DNA of 64,000 nt from Bacteroidota bacterium (GTDB lineage Bacteria; Bacteroidota; Bacteroidia; Bacteroidales; JAAUTT01), in NCBI GenBank assembly GCA_030706405.1, contig JAUZOO010000002.1, forward strand, positions 385,167 through 449,166, written 5' to 3'. The notes under the pieces are model-generated. The model had not been told where the DNA came from. It did no database searches and was given only the letters and a program-made list of their open reading frames with translations. Of this stretch, positions 36,994-47,260 are shown one piece after another (positions within the stretch are counted from its first letter, which is position 1; the number at the start of each line of letters is the position of its first letter). The translations under genes and the position numbers were made by a program.

Positions 36994-38676
36994 TTAATTT
37001 TTAATCAACGGAATAGATACCCAGAAAGTAGCTCCTGCTCCTAGTTGGGAAGAAACTCCAATTTTTCCGTTAAGCAAATTAACCAAGCCCTGACAAATAG
37101 ACAAACCGAGCCCATTCCCTCCATAAAGTTTTTCGGCATCAGAAGGGTATAGTTTTCTGAAATACTCGAAAATAACAGCCTGATCGTCAGGACTAATACC
37201 AATTCCAGTATCTTCAACTGAAAAGATAATATCTGTTTCTGTAATCTGATATTTTACAGCAATATATCCTTTTTCGGTAAATTTAATAGCATTCTCAATC
37301 AGATTATTCAGGATTTGGCTGATGCATCCCCGATCGCTATAAATAAACCGTCTTTTATCGTCAGTAAAACGAGTAAAATTAAGCTTCAGATCCGGTTTAT
37401 TCAGTAGTTCGACATTGGATCTTAGTGTCCAATATAAATCAGTAAACAAATCATCGACCGAAAATTCCTCATAATTAATCGTAACCTGTCCTAATTGAAT
37501 TTTGGAGATATCGAGAATATCCGTGACAACTTTCAAAAGATTCTGGCTACAATTTTCAATATTCCGGATATATTTTTTTTGAATATCGGAAGTATCCTCA
37601 AGGTCGGACAATAAGCTGGAAAAACCAATGATTCCGTTCATTGGCGTACGGAATTCATGGGAGATATTCGTAAGAAAAGCTGTTTTAAGTTGATCCGACT
37701 CTTCGGCTCTATCTCTGGCAATCGATAATTCTTCTTTTTGTAAAATCGAATATTCGATCATTTCGCCTATTTGACGGTATTCTTCTCCCATTCCTTTTAA
37801 TTTCTCAATTTCGTCGTGAGACTCCGTAGCCATAATAGATTCGATACGCATTAACGGTCGTTTTATCCAGTATGTTGTTGTTAACCAAAACAGTCCTAAC
37901 ATAATAACAAAAGCTGTCAAAATAACTATTGCCAAAAAATTATTAGTTGATTGATAGTCTCTCACAAACAAAGCTCCTTTTGTTGCCTGTAAACTTGTAA
38001 TGTATTCTTTGTTAATATTATATAATGGTTTATAAACATGAAAACTGTTATGTTCCAAATAATTGGTTCTCCTTTCTTTAGTCAATGACAATTGCATGCC
38101 TATAATTTTGCCTATTGAGCTTAAATAAGCTGAAGGCCAGTGTTTTCCTATGAAAAAATAACCCTTGGGTGTAGTCTTTTTTAACGGATCGTTTGTAGGG
38201 TGTATCGTAGTAGCAATAATCTGGATAAGTCCTTCCGGGGTAGTGGTAAACGTATTGATCAATCGATTTGTTTGCAGGGAATCGATTAGCATCTTTAATT
38301 CAGACTTTGGAATGCTGAACGATGACGAATCGAATGAAGCTTGGTAAACTAATTTAACTTGAGCATTATAAACCAAAACATGGTCCACTTTATAATTGTG
38401 CCCCATCGTAATGATGTTTTCATTCGCCCATTTTTCGTCTTTAGTGCTAACGAAATTAACCATTTCGTCCCAAAACGTGTAATCTGTGGCTGCAGCTTTT
38501 AAAACATCCGTCTTACTTTGAATAAGGGCTTCAATATTGTTCGTTAATTGAACAATATTGGACTGGATTAAGATTTGTTCCCTTTTTTTATTGAAATAGA
38601 AGGCAATAACAATCGAAAGTAGAAAGATAAATAAAGAGAACAATAATACAATGAGAAGCTTTTGCTGGGTTTTCAT
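36994..38676 (-). CDS. Sensor histidine kinase with an extracytoplasmic sensor domain (CHASE4-like)
   Basis: 560 aa. Two TM helices flank a ~210-aa domain containing YTFWDEMVNFV. HisKA H-box SHEFRTPMN. HATPase N and G boxes (NLIENAIKFT, GNGLGLSI). No response regulator is adjacent. Confidence 0.85.
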   Translation of the reverse strand: MKTQQKLLIVLLFSLFIFLLSIVIAFYFNKKREQILIQSNIVQLTNNIEALIQSKTDVLKAAATDYTFWDEMVNFVSTKDEKWANENIITMGHNYKVDHVLVYNAQVKLVYQASFDSSSFSIPKSELKMLIDSLQTNRLINTFTTTPEGLIQIIATTIHPTNDPLKKTTPKGYFFIGKHWPSAYLSSIGKIIGMQLSLTKERRTNYLEHNSFHVYKPLYNINKEYITSLQATKGALFVRDYQSTNNFLAIVILTAFVIMLGLFWLTTTYWIKRPLMRIESIMATESHDEIEKLKGMGEEYRQIGEMIEYSILQKEELSIARDRAEESDQLKTAFLTNISHEFRTPMNGIIGFSSLLSDLEDTSDIQKKYIRNIENCSQNLLKVVTDILDISKIQLGQVTINYEEFSVDDLFTDLYWTLRSNVELLNKPDLKLNFTRFTDDKRRFIYSDRGCISQILNNLIENAIKFTEKGYIAVKYQITETDIIFSVEDTGIGISPDDQAVIFEYFRKLYPSDAEKLYGGNGLGLSICQGLVNLLNGKIGVSSQLGAGATFWVSIPLIKN

Positions 38677-38753
38677 ATATTATTTTGAATGCCAAAAAAT
38701 AGCAGTTTAATTTAAAAAAAAGACTCGAAAAAATATTTTTTGGCGATCATCTT

Positions 38754-39557
38754 CTAAGAATTTAATAAAATTCCCGCTCCAAACCGTCCAGTAATGCCTT
38801 TCCCGTGGCGGGATGAAAAAAATTTGTCGTGATGGCATTGGGTACACATCCCGATAATTTCAATATTTTGTGCATCTACCCCAATTTCAACTAATTGAGC
38901 CTTATTAGCATACCATAAATCAAAATTTGTAGTATCCGGTTGACGCTGATATATATAAGATTGAGTAGATCCAAAAGAATCTTCAACAGCTTTAACGACT
39001 TCATGACCAACCTGATAACAACACGAACCAATAGACGGACCTATGATAACATGAATATCAGCAAACTTTGAATCATATTCGGAGTTCATTTTTTGAACGG
39101 TTTTAACGCCTATTTTTTGAACTGTTCCTCTCCATCCGGCATGAGCTACGCCAATTACTCGTTTTACCGGATCGAAAAATAATAATGGTACGCAATCGGC
39201 CGCCATTATAAATAAGCAAATATCAGGTTGATTGGTAATCATGGCATCGGTTTCACGAATAGCCGACTCCCGATCAAAAGCACCTTTTCCCTTCATGGAA
39301 GCATCTACAACCGCAACTTCTTTTCCGTGAACCTGATTAAGCATAATAAAAGATTCAAGTGGAATATCTAACGACGATGCTAACGTTTTTCGGTTATTTA
39401 TTACATTCGCAGGGTTATCTTCCGTTCCCAAACCGAGGTTTAGTGATGAATACGGCTCGGGACTACATCCACCGTTACGCGTGGTTATGAAATGCCGTAA
39501 TCCCTTAAAATTATCCCAACGGGTAAGGGTTAAAAAAGATTTTGATTCTTTTAACAT
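38754..39557 (-). CDS. pgeF: Peptidoglycan editing factor PgeF / YfiH (DUF152, laccase-domain) family protein
   Basis: 267 aa with QVHG, TADC(V)P, HAGWRG and CTxC..FFS.R motifs. Confidence 0.85.
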   Translation of the reverse strand: MLKESKSFLTLTRWDNFKGLRHFITTRNGGCSPEPYSSLNLGLGTEDNPANVINNRKTLASSLDIPLESFIMLNQVHGKEVAVVDASMKGKGAFDRESAIRETDAMITNQPDICLFIMAADCVPLLFFDPVKRVIGVAHAGWRGTVQKIGVKTVQKMNSEYDSKFADIHVIIGPSIGSCCYQVGHEVVKAVEDSFGSTQSYIYQRQPDTTNFDLWYANKAQLVEIGVDAQNIEIIGMCTQCHHDKFFSSRHGKGITGRFGAGILLNS

Positions 39558-39639
39558 TACAAATCATTTTGAAGTCACAAAAGTAACTTTTTTCGGTCAA
39601 TTATTATTTTTGTCACCTCAAAACAGCAATTCTAATTTA

Positions 39640-40746
39640 ATGAGGCAATATTTTATCATAGGTTTAGTCTTTTTCTTAATCTTTTTTAGTTCAAATCTTT
39701 ATTCCCAAACATCGCTAAAAGACAGGTTATATATCGAAGCTAATTACCATTATGGCTTTGTTATGCCACATCTTGATCCTATAGCATATTTCATAAACGA
39801 ACATGTTAACGGTTATCAGGTAAACGTAGGTATTTTAAGTACCGGAAAGAAGAAATGGCAGCAGGATTATAACTATCCACTGTTTGGATTAGGCTTTTAC
39901 CATTCGGGACTGGGAAACACCCGTATATTCGGACAGGTAAATGCTTTGTTTTGTTATGTCGACCGATATTTTTTTCGTTATAACAGCCGTTTTAATCTGG
40001 GTAACCGTTTGGAATTCGGACTTGGCTACATCAACCGGAAATTTGACCTTCAAAATAATTACTTTGATATTGCTATAGGTTCTCATCTGAATACATATTT
40101 GAATTACAGTCTGGAAGGTCTTATCCGTATCCAACCGCAACTTACAATGAAAATAGGTGTTGGTATGTCGCATGTATCCAACGGAAGGTTTTCCGAACCC
40201 AACAAAGGCCTCAACTTCCTGACTACGTTTGCAGGGTTTGAGTATTCATTTAAAGAGCCGCTACACTACGAAGGGTATTCAGATATAGCTGATGATTTAC
40301 CCGAACATCAATTTATAGTTACGTTAGGCGGTGGCGAAAAACAAATATCCCGAAGACTTCCCGATCGCTATGCGGCCCTTGCCCTATCAACCGAATATTC
40401 CCGAAAAATATTCCGTAACGGCTACGCAGGATTATCTTTAAATACCTATTACGATCCTTCGCTAATCAAAGAGATTGAACTTGAAGGAGATACTGCCAAA
40501 AGTAGCGATTGCTTACGGCTTAGCCTTAACCTTTCGTACGAAATGAAAATGGGACATATATCGTACCTTTTTCAACCAGGCATTTACTTAAAAAATGCTT
40601 ATTCCAAAATTGGTAATATTTCGAACCGGATAGGAATACGCTACCAGATAGACCGTCACTGGCTGGCAGGAGTAACTATCAAGGCACATTGGATAGCCAT
40701 TGCCGATTTTATTGAGTGGGGCGTTGGATATCGCATAGCCAAATAA
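39640..40746 (+). CDS. Outer-membrane beta-barrel, acyloxyacyl hydrolase / lipid A deacylase (PagL)-like
   Basis: Start chosen at MRQYFIIGLVFFL (39640) to provide a signal peptide and avoid overlap with pgeF. HVSNGR..EPNKGLNF resembles the PagL-like family. The function is tentative. Confidence 0.5.
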   Translation: MRQYFIIGLVFFLIFFSSNLYSQTSLKDRLYIEANYHYGFVMPHLDPIAYFINEHVNGYQVNVGILSTGKKKWQQDYNYPLFGLGFYHSGLGNTRIFGQVNALFCYVDRYFFRYNSRFNLGNRLEFGLGYINRKFDLQNNYFDIAIGSHLNTYLNYSLEGLIRIQPQLTMKIGVGMSHVSNGRFSEPNKGLNFLTTFAGFEYSFKEPLHYEGYSDIADDLPEHQFIVTLGGGEKQISRRLPDRYAALALSTEYSRKIFRNGYAGLSLNTYYDPSLIKEIELEGDTAKSSDCLRLSLNLSYEMKMGHISYLFQPGIYLKNAYSKIGNISNRIGIRYQIDRHWLAGVTIKAHWIAIADFIEWGVGYRIAK

Positions 40747-40765
40747 TCTTTTAATCAACAAGCCG

Positions 40766-41512
40766 ATGCTTAAACGAAACATAACAATCCATTTAGGTAC
40801 ATTTATATTATTTAGTATAAGCCTGTTGTCGTGCGATAAATCGTTATTTGATAGTGGGCCAGAGATCTCTCGGCAAATCCGAATGGAAGAGACTTTTTCT
40901 ATTATTGATTTCCAGAATATTTTTGACGCTACAATAGTCCAGGATACTGTAAATAAAATCATTATAACCTGTGGTGAAAATCTTCAGCCTAAAGTAACTG
41001 CCAATATTCAAGGCGGGACGTTAACTTTGAATCATTCCGAAAAATATGATTGGTCAAGGGATTATAAGCACATTAAGGTTGAATTACATTTGAATTTCAG
41101 CCCTACGGTTTACATTCATGCCCCAATCAGTTTGAAAACAATAGGAACAATAAAAGGTGATAATTTTACATTGGTTGATTTTATGAAAGTCAGCGAAGTG
41201 GACGTTAGCGTGGATGTTAATTCCTGTGGAATCTATATGTCGTCAGACAATTTTGGGTATTTTAAAATAAAAGGACGATGTAATAATGCCGATTTATGGG
41301 GCTGGGGATCGGCAATCGTGCGGGCCGACAGTCTGTTAGCCAAAGACTGTCACATAAAACATCGCGGTTTTAATGATGTTTATGTGAATGTCTCGGGTCG
41401 TTTAAGCGTTTCTCTTGAATATTTCGGAAATATCTATTATTCCGGAAACCCTTCGGAAATAGTCATTGAAAACCAGCTTTCGTCAGGAAGACTAATTAAG
41501 CTAAGTCAATAA
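40766..41512 (+). CDS. Lipoprotein with a DUF2807 / head-GIN-like beta-helix domain
   Basis: 248 aa with a lipobox (LLSC), repeated beta-solenoid-like segments, and the C-terminal YYSGNP motif. Confidence 0.55.
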   Translation: MLKRNITIHLGTFILFSISLLSCDKSLFDSGPEISRQIRMEETFSIIDFQNIFDATIVQDTVNKIIITCGENLQPKVTANIQGGTLTLNHSEKYDWSRDYKHIKVELHLNFSPTVYIHAPISLKTIGTIKGDNFTLVDFMKVSEVDVSVDVNSCGIYMSSDNFGYFKIKGRCNNADLWGWGSAIVRADSLLAKDCHIKHRGFNDVYVNVSGRLSVSLEYFGNIYYSGNPSEIVIENQLSSGRLIKLSQ

Positions 41513-41529
41513 CTAGATTCTAAATCAGA

Positions 41530-42702
41530 TTACAATCTCGACTCCAAAATTTTCGTTAAATCTTCTTTGGAAAGCTTCAACGGATGATTTTTTTGTTCAG
41601 TTAATTGTATTATATTTTCAAAATCAGACGACTTAACTCCATACTTTGATAACCGATCGATATTCATCATATCGGTCCACGAAATCAGTATATCGATAAA
41701 ATAACTAAGGTAGAAATCCTGACTCCGTTGTTCTTCTCCGGAAAATAATTGCCCCAGTTCTGCGTATTTTATGAGGGCCGGACTGCTTTCATTTAACTCC
41801 ATAAGCCGTTTTATGGTAATGGCATTGGCTGGAGCCATAAGAGTTCCGCATACAATGCCATGAGGAATATTAAACATTCCACCTATGGAAGAGGCAAAAC
41901 CATGAACTATTCCCAATCCAGCATTAGCCAGACTTATTCCGGAAACAAGCGCCGCGTAAGACATTCCTGAACGGGCTTCGAGATCTTCGCCCCATTTCCA
42001 AACTCGTGGGAGAGCAATTCTTAATTGGGCAATTCCGTCATAAGCCAAAGCATCGGTAAATGGTACCGGTTTATTAGACAGATAAGCTTCAACTAACTGG
42101 GTAAAACAGTCCATTCCGCTGGCTGCGGTTATTGGCGGAGGACAGTGCAAGGTTAACTCCGGATCGATAATGGCAATGTCGGGCACAAAATTATCGTGAC
42201 GAAGCGATTTTTTAAATCCGCCTACTCCAACCTGAGAGATTACTGCATTTTTAGTGGTTTCGCTCCCTGTTCCCGAAGTGGTTGGAACGGCTATAAATGG
42301 CAATTTGGTACCGGGGTGTTCCTTAGTGCCTACGCCTTCCAGAAACTCTATGACTGATTCGGAACGGTTAAGCATTGCCGAAATGGCTTTGCCGGCATCT
42401 ATGACGCTTCCCCCACCAATAGCTATAACTAACCGAATATTATCGTTCTGATGCCGGATAACAGCCAAATCGACCATTTCCGGAGAAGGCTCGCGGTTTA
42501 TGTTTACAATATGATAGTGAATACCTGTCATATCAAAGGTATTCAGCAAATATTCACCATGTTTTGAGTGGATAAATGAATCTGCACCTGTTACCAGCAG
42601 AATATCGTTTCCGTAAGATTTGGCTATACCGGCCAGTTCAGCAATCTTCCCATTTCCAAAAATTATTTTTGGGGTACGGGCAAACAAAAAAGGCTTTACC
42701 AT
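41530..42702 (-). CDS. Iron-containing (group III) alcohol dehydrogenase
   Basis: 390 aa with GGGSVIDAGKA and conserved His residues (HG..CG). Confidence 0.85.
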   Translation of the reverse strand: MVKPFLFARTPKIIFGNGKIAELAGIAKSYGNDILLVTGADSFIHSKHGEYLLNTFDMTGIHYHIVNINREPSPEMVDLAVIRHQNDNIRLVIAIGGGSVIDAGKAISAMLNRSESVIEFLEGVGTKEHPGTKLPFIAVPTTSGTGSETTKNAVISQVGVGGFKKSLRHDNFVPDIAIIDPELTLHCPPPITAASGMDCFTQLVEAYLSNKPVPFTDALAYDGIAQLRIALPRVWKWGEDLEARSGMSYAALVSGISLANAGLGIVHGFASSIGGMFNIPHGIVCGTLMAPANAITIKRLMELNESSPALIKYAELGQLFSGEEQRSQDFYLSYFIDILISWTDMMNIDRLSKYGVKSSDFENIIQLTEQKNHPLKLSKEDLTKILESRL

Positions 42703-43004
42703 TGCGATTTATCAAGAGGTGCTACAATGTTGTACCTTATGCCTTGTCGTGTAGAGGCCATCCAGTCAGCAACTGTATCGCGCCAAAGAGCATAGTGTGC
42801 CGTATTTTTGTGAGCTGCGGCAGCTTCTTCCGATTCATAAGCCTCATATATAACAAACCTCGAAGGAACACCGGCATCCTGTAACAAATCAAAGCGTAAA
42901 TTGCCCGGTTCTTTTACCGATTCAGCATGATTGGCTATCGTGGCTTTTTTAAAATCGTCAATTTTATCCGATTTTACATGGACATGAACACAAGTAACTA
43001 TCAT
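42696..43004 (-). CDS. Antibiotic-biosynthesis-monooxygenase (ABM) fold protein / putative quinol monooxygenase
   Basis: 102 aa with the ferredoxin-like ABM pattern (EPGNLRFDLLQD, YEAYESEEAAAAH). Its stop overlaps the ADH start by 7 nt. Confidence 0.7.
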   Translation of the reverse strand: MIVTCVHVHVKSDKIDDFKKATIANHAESVKEPGNLRFDLLQDAGVPSRFVIYEAYESEEAAAAHKNTAHYALWRDTVADWMASTRQGIRYNIVAPLDKSQW

Positions 43005-43028
43005 AGTATTTAGCTTATTATCATTAAA

Positions 43029-43652
43029 TTAAAATCTATTAAACGGGCTAAACGGGTCAACTCCCATTCCCGAGAACGTTCCGTAATTATTGTAATATCC
43101 CGGATATAAGTATCCGTTACTCTGAACCATCTTAAATCCAGCCCCAATAGTAATGGCATCAGTAAGCTTGTAGTTTACCCCCATCGTCATCATTTGAAAT
43201 GAATTACGAAATGCTGGATTTTGCGAGGCATTGTTAAGATTTGAAAAATCCTTCACAACGGAACCATATAACGTAAGTTTCGGGTTAAAAAAATAGTTTC
43301 CGGAAACATACAAAGTACCGTCGTACGAAAGGCCTGATTGTTGTAAAACACTCCCTCCTGTCAAATTCGATGAGTGCTGGTAAGTTAGCCTGTTTTGCAT
43401 AAGTAAAATACCTGCTTCCAATTTGAGTTTGGGCGACATATCCCATTTAAATTCGGGAGCTACGTAAAAAGACGAACCTCTGGCCACCCCGGTAAACATA
43501 CTGGTACCAACAGAGAGGCTGTAATCCATTTTTTTCGGGGCCGAAGGGTCGGTAGAAACTTCAGAAACTTCACGAAGCAATCCTTGTCCTTGTACCTGAA
43601 ATGTAAAGACAATCATCAGGAATAAAAAATTTATCTTCTTCATAACCTGCAT
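43029..43652 (-). CDS. Small outer-membrane beta-barrel protein of unknown function
   Basis: 207 aa with a signal peptide, beta-strand periodicity, and a C-terminal F. Confidence 0.45.
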   Translation of the reverse strand: MQVMKKINFLFLMIVFTFQVQGQGLLREVSEVSTDPSAPKKMDYSLSVGTSMFTGVARGSSFYVAPEFKWDMSPKLKLEAGILLMQNRLTYQHSSNLTGGSVLQQSGLSYDGTLYVSGNYFFNPKLTLYGSVVKDFSNLNNASQNPAFRNSFQMMTMGVNYKLTDAITIGAGFKMVQSNGYLYPGYYNNYGTFSGMGVDPFSPFNRF

Positions 43653-43713
43653 GTTTTAAAACTGAAACAATTTCAAATTTAAAAAGTTTTTACAAGAACC
43701 GGGCCATTTTTAC

Positions 43714-45909
43714 TTAAATAGATGATGCCCGGCCAACAGACATAACCCCTTTCACCTTTTTAAGTTTATTAGTGAGGGCATCCAGATGAGCTGTATCCTT
43801 GACAAAGAGCGTTACATGCCCTTCGAACATTCCGTCGGTAGTATTGATAGTCATGGAGCGCATATTTACCTTTAAATCTTTGGAAATTACGTCGGTAATA
43901 CGACTTACCAAACCTATATCGTCAATACCTACAATTTTGAGATTTGCCTGATAAAGCGACGAACCATCGGAACTAGTCCATTGTGCTTTTACAATGCGAT
44001 AGCCATAACGACTAATCATTTGCTCGGCATTGGGGCAGTTGAGACGGTGTATTTTCACACCTTCGTTTATGGTGATAAATCCAAAAATTGGGTCACCAAA
44101 TATTGGGTTACAACACTTTGCTAATTTATAGTCGAGTTTATCAACCTTATCGTCAATCACTAAAAAATCTTCGGTCTTAGGCGTATGCGTTTTTACAATC
44201 TTTTCAACCAAATCGCCTTCAATTTTTTCAGGAATTTTGGCAGCTTCGGGTTTGTCCTGCAAAACCTCCTTAATTTCGGAAATGTCAATTTTTTCGTCGG
44301 CAATGGCTGAATATAAATCAGTTACAGTTTTGAATTTATAAGTTTTAAGTAACTTCTTTAAATTCAAATCATTAAATTCGAGTTTCCAGTTTCGTAACCG
44401 TCGTACCAGAATTTCTTTTCCTTGCTCAGCGCTTTTTTGTTCCTCATCCTTAATAAATGCCTTGATTTTATTTTTGGCCTTGGAGGTAAGTACAAATGAA
44501 AGCCAGTCGCCTTTGGGTTTCTGGGTTTTAGAGGTCAGGATTTCAACCCTGTCCCCATTCTGGAGAACGTGCCGAATGGGAACGCTTTTTCCGTTTACCT
44601 TGGCTCCAACACAGGCACAACCTACATTGGAATGAATATCAAACGCAAAGTCGAGGACTGTTGCTCCGGAAGGTAGCTTTTTCAGGTCGCCTGTAGGGGT
44701 AAACACGAATATCTCTTTGGTGTAAAGACTTGGTTTTAATGTATCCAGAAAGTCGAGGGCTTCGGCCTCTGGCGCTTCAAGTATCTCGCGGATTTTTCCC
44801 AGCCACACGTCGAGGCCTTTATCGGCTTCGCCTCCTTTGTATTTCCAGTGGGCAGCCAACCCCTTTTCGGCAATTTCGTTCATACGTGAAGTTCGAATCT
44901 GCACTTCAACCCATTTCCCGGAAGGTGTAACTACAGTTGTGTGAAGCGATTCGTAACCATTGGTTTTGGGAATGGAAATCCAGTCCCTCATCCGCAACGG
45001 ATTGGGTTGATAAAAATCAGTCACCACCGAATAAACCCGCCAGCAATCCGATTTTTCGTTTTTCAATTCGGAATTGAGAATGACGCGAATGGCAAAAATG
45101 TCATAAACATCCTCAAATTCAACGCTTTGTTTCCGCATCTTATTATAAATGGAATACACGGATTTAAGACGTCCTTTTATCTCAAAATCGAAACCTTGGT
45201 TAGTAAGTTCATCTTTAATAGGTTGAATAAACTCACGAATAAACCGGTTACGGGAAGTAGCCGTTTCTTCAAGTTTTCGGGAAATAAGCTTGTAGGATTC
45301 CGGGTTAGTATATTTTAACGAAATATCTTCCAGTTCCAATTTCAGGTTATAAAGCCCCAGACGGTGACCAAGCGGAGCATAGAGATAAAACGTTTCGGTA
45401 GCCAGCGGAAAATGCAGATTTTCCGGATAAGTTTCGAGGGTACGCATTACTTGCAACCGCTCGGCCAACTTAATAATGATTACCCTTACATCGGTAACCA
45501 ACGACAGCAACAGCTTACGAAAATTTTCGGCTTGCTCGGCCGTATTTTTGGTGTCGATACCCGAAATCTTGGTAAGATCCTCAATAATAACGGCAACCTG
45601 GGGCGGGAACTCCTTTTTTATGGTATCCAACTGGATATATTCGTTTTGCACAAACTCGTACAAAAGTGCAGAAATGATAGTTGTCCGGCCCATGCCAATC
45701 TCCTCGGTACAGATACGGGCAATGGCAATACTGTGGTTGATATAAGGCTCTCCATTTACCAACGGAAGGTCTTTAGCTACGCTGTAAGCCAGTTTAAATG
45801 CTTTACGGACTTCTTTAATGCCGTCGTCGGCAAGTACATTGCGGGCAACGCGCAAAAGTCCGCGGTATTTGTTGGTAATGATATTATCGAGATAAAGTTT
45901 ATCGCTCAT
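43714..45909 (-). CDS. Bifunctional RelA/SpoT homologue: (p)ppGpp synthetase/hydrolase
   Basis: 731 aa with HD hydrolase, synthetase (RxKxxxSIxxK-like KSVYSIYNKMRKQ), TGS and ACT domains. Confidence 0.95.
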   Translation of the reverse strand: MSDKLYLDNIITNKYRGLLRVARNVLADDGIKEVRKAFKLAYSVAKDLPLVNGEPYINHSIAIARICTEEIGMGRTTIISALLYEFVQNEYIQLDTIKKEFPPQVAVIIEDLTKISGIDTKNTAEQAENFRKLLLSLVTDVRVIIIKLAERLQVMRTLETYPENLHFPLATETFYLYAPLGHRLGLYNLKLELEDISLKYTNPESYKLISRKLEETATSRNRFIREFIQPIKDELTNQGFDFEIKGRLKSVYSIYNKMRKQSVEFEDVYDIFAIRVILNSELKNEKSDCWRVYSVVTDFYQPNPLRMRDWISIPKTNGYESLHTTVVTPSGKWVEVQIRTSRMNEIAEKGLAAHWKYKGGEADKGLDVWLGKIREILEAPEAEALDFLDTLKPSLYTKEIFVFTPTGDLKKLPSGATVLDFAFDIHSNVGCACVGAKVNGKSVPIRHVLQNGDRVEILTSKTQKPKGDWLSFVLTSKAKNKIKAFIKDEEQKSAEQGKEILVRRLRNWKLEFNDLNLKKLLKTYKFKTVTDLYSAIADEKIDISEIKEVLQDKPEAAKIPEKIEGDLVEKIVKTHTPKTEDFLVIDDKVDKLDYKLAKCCNPIFGDPIFGFITINEGVKIHRLNCPNAEQMISRYGYRIVKAQWTSSDGSSLYQANLKIVGIDDIGLVSRITDVISKDLKVNMRSMTINTTDGMFEGHVTLFVKDTAHLDALTNKLKKVKGVMSVGRASSI

Positions 45910-45983
45910 GGTAGATGAATGTCTATTCTCGCAAATTTAATGATTTTCCGTACTTAGAGGTAATAATGACGGGGCAATGCAAT

Positions 45984-46019
45984 AAAAAAATCCCCGGCTT
46001 TCCGACCGGGGATTTTTTA
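45984..46019 (-). terminator. Rho-independent terminator after the 46041..47126 gene
   Basis: Hairpin atccccgg / ccggggat with A/T runs on both sides. Confidence 0.6.
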
Positions 46020-46040
46020 TTAAAGTTTTATTGAATAGTG

Positions 46041-47126
46041 CTAGCGTACGCTTATAGCTAACCCTGCGGATACATAATTATATTTAGCCAAAGTATAATC
46101 TGCATGAAGATGAATAAATCCTAATTTGAATTTTAAACCTGCGTTTAACCTTGGTTTAAGGCCTGTATTACTGATTGTGGCATCAACAGGATCTTTTTGG
46201 GCAAATTTGTCGTCAACCGTCAATTGTGATCCTATTAGACCGGGAAAAGGATAATTACCATTAAGTTTCAGGGTTGTTTTTGACTTTTCTAATCCTAAAC
46301 CGGCATATACAGAGATTACAGGAATATCAATGGAGGCAATAATATTAGTTGTTAACCCATTAACTTGCAATAGAGCATCCTGATTCGAATAGTCAATTAC
46401 TAATGTGCCTTTGGCTGCCGAAGTGTAAAAACTTGGCTGCAAATCAATCCCAGCATTGGCTTTTAAGCTTGTGTAACCAACAAAAGCCGAAATATTTAAA
46501 AATGGCAATCTCTTTATCGCAGGAATCCATTGACCTATATCGTGTTTAACTCCTAATCCAAAAATACCTATCGATCCTACATTGTTTCCCAAATTAGTTT
46601 TGGGTAAAAATCTCACCACGACTTCCGTACTTTTTATCAATCCTAGCCCTACCTGAACCATAGGAGCCGGAACTATGCTTAAACCAGTACCCTGAGGCAT
46701 CTTAAATTCGGTAAATTTTGTTCCATTACTTAATTTGTAACTAACAGTTTGCCCATCAACCTTATCCCCGGCAATCGTTGGTGATGTTCCTTGAGATACC
46801 GTTGCACTGCTTGAAAGACCCAAGGTATTCAAATCGATACTTTTATCCGACGAAGGAACCATCGCCCCTGTCGCTGTAATTGACAAGTCAAATCCCAACG
46901 GTTTGTGAACTTTGGCCGTAGTGTACCAACCTCCATTTAAATCATGGCCAAAGCCTTCGCCAAATGGTTTTAAATATGCACTTAATATGGATGAAGCATC
47001 TCCTTTTGCACCGTTACCCATAACGGAAATAATACTACCAACATCTCCTAACTGAGCAAATGTAACCGATTGATATGTCTGAATAGACAGTATACCAAAA
47101 AGGAATACAAAAACTTTCTTTTTCAT
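46041..47126 (-). CDS. Secreted/outer-membrane protein of unknown function
   Basis: 361 aa with a signal peptide (SVTFAQ), Gly/Ser-rich beta pattern, and a C-terminal beta-barrel-like strand. Confidence 0.45.
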   Translation of the reverse strand: MKKKVFVFLFGILSIQTYQSVTFAQLGDVGSIISVMGNGAKGDASSILSAYLKPFGEGFGHDLNGGWYTTAKVHKPLGFDLSITATGAMVPSSDKSIDLNTLGLSSSATVSQGTSPTIAGDKVDGQTVSYKLSNGTKFTEFKMPQGTGLSIVPAPMVQVGLGLIKSTEVVVRFLPKTNLGNNVGSIGIFGLGVKHDIGQWIPAIKRLPFLNISAFVGYTSLKANAGIDLQPSFYTSAAKGTLVIDYSNQDALLQVNGLTTNIIASIDIPVISVYAGLGLEKSKTTLKLNGNYPFPGLIGSQLTVDDKFAQKDPVDATISNTGLKPRLNAGLKFKLGFIHLHADYTLAKYNYVSAGLAISVR

Positions 47127-47260
47127 AAAATTCTTGGTTTATGGTTATTTAAGCACAAACATACCTAAAATTATCATTGCAGCAAAAAAGAGCAATCGTC
47201 AGACTGATTCTGTCAATCGTCAATTCTTTTTACCTTTGATGTCGATAAACAACATATTAA

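Noticed and set aside
39481-39639. N-terminal 53-codon extension of the PagL-like ORF, overlapping the pgeF start on the opposite strand.
   Set aside because: The Met at 39640 begins a hydrophobic signal sequence, and the extension runs through the divergent promoter region and the pgeF 5' end.
45364-45918. 184-aa plus-strand ORF, with neighbours at 44941..45318 and 45476..45745, antisense to the RelA/SpoT gene.
   Set aside because: It lies entirely within the RSH coding region on the opposite strand. It has no motifs and no independent promoter or terminator signals, so it is treated as a shadow ORF.
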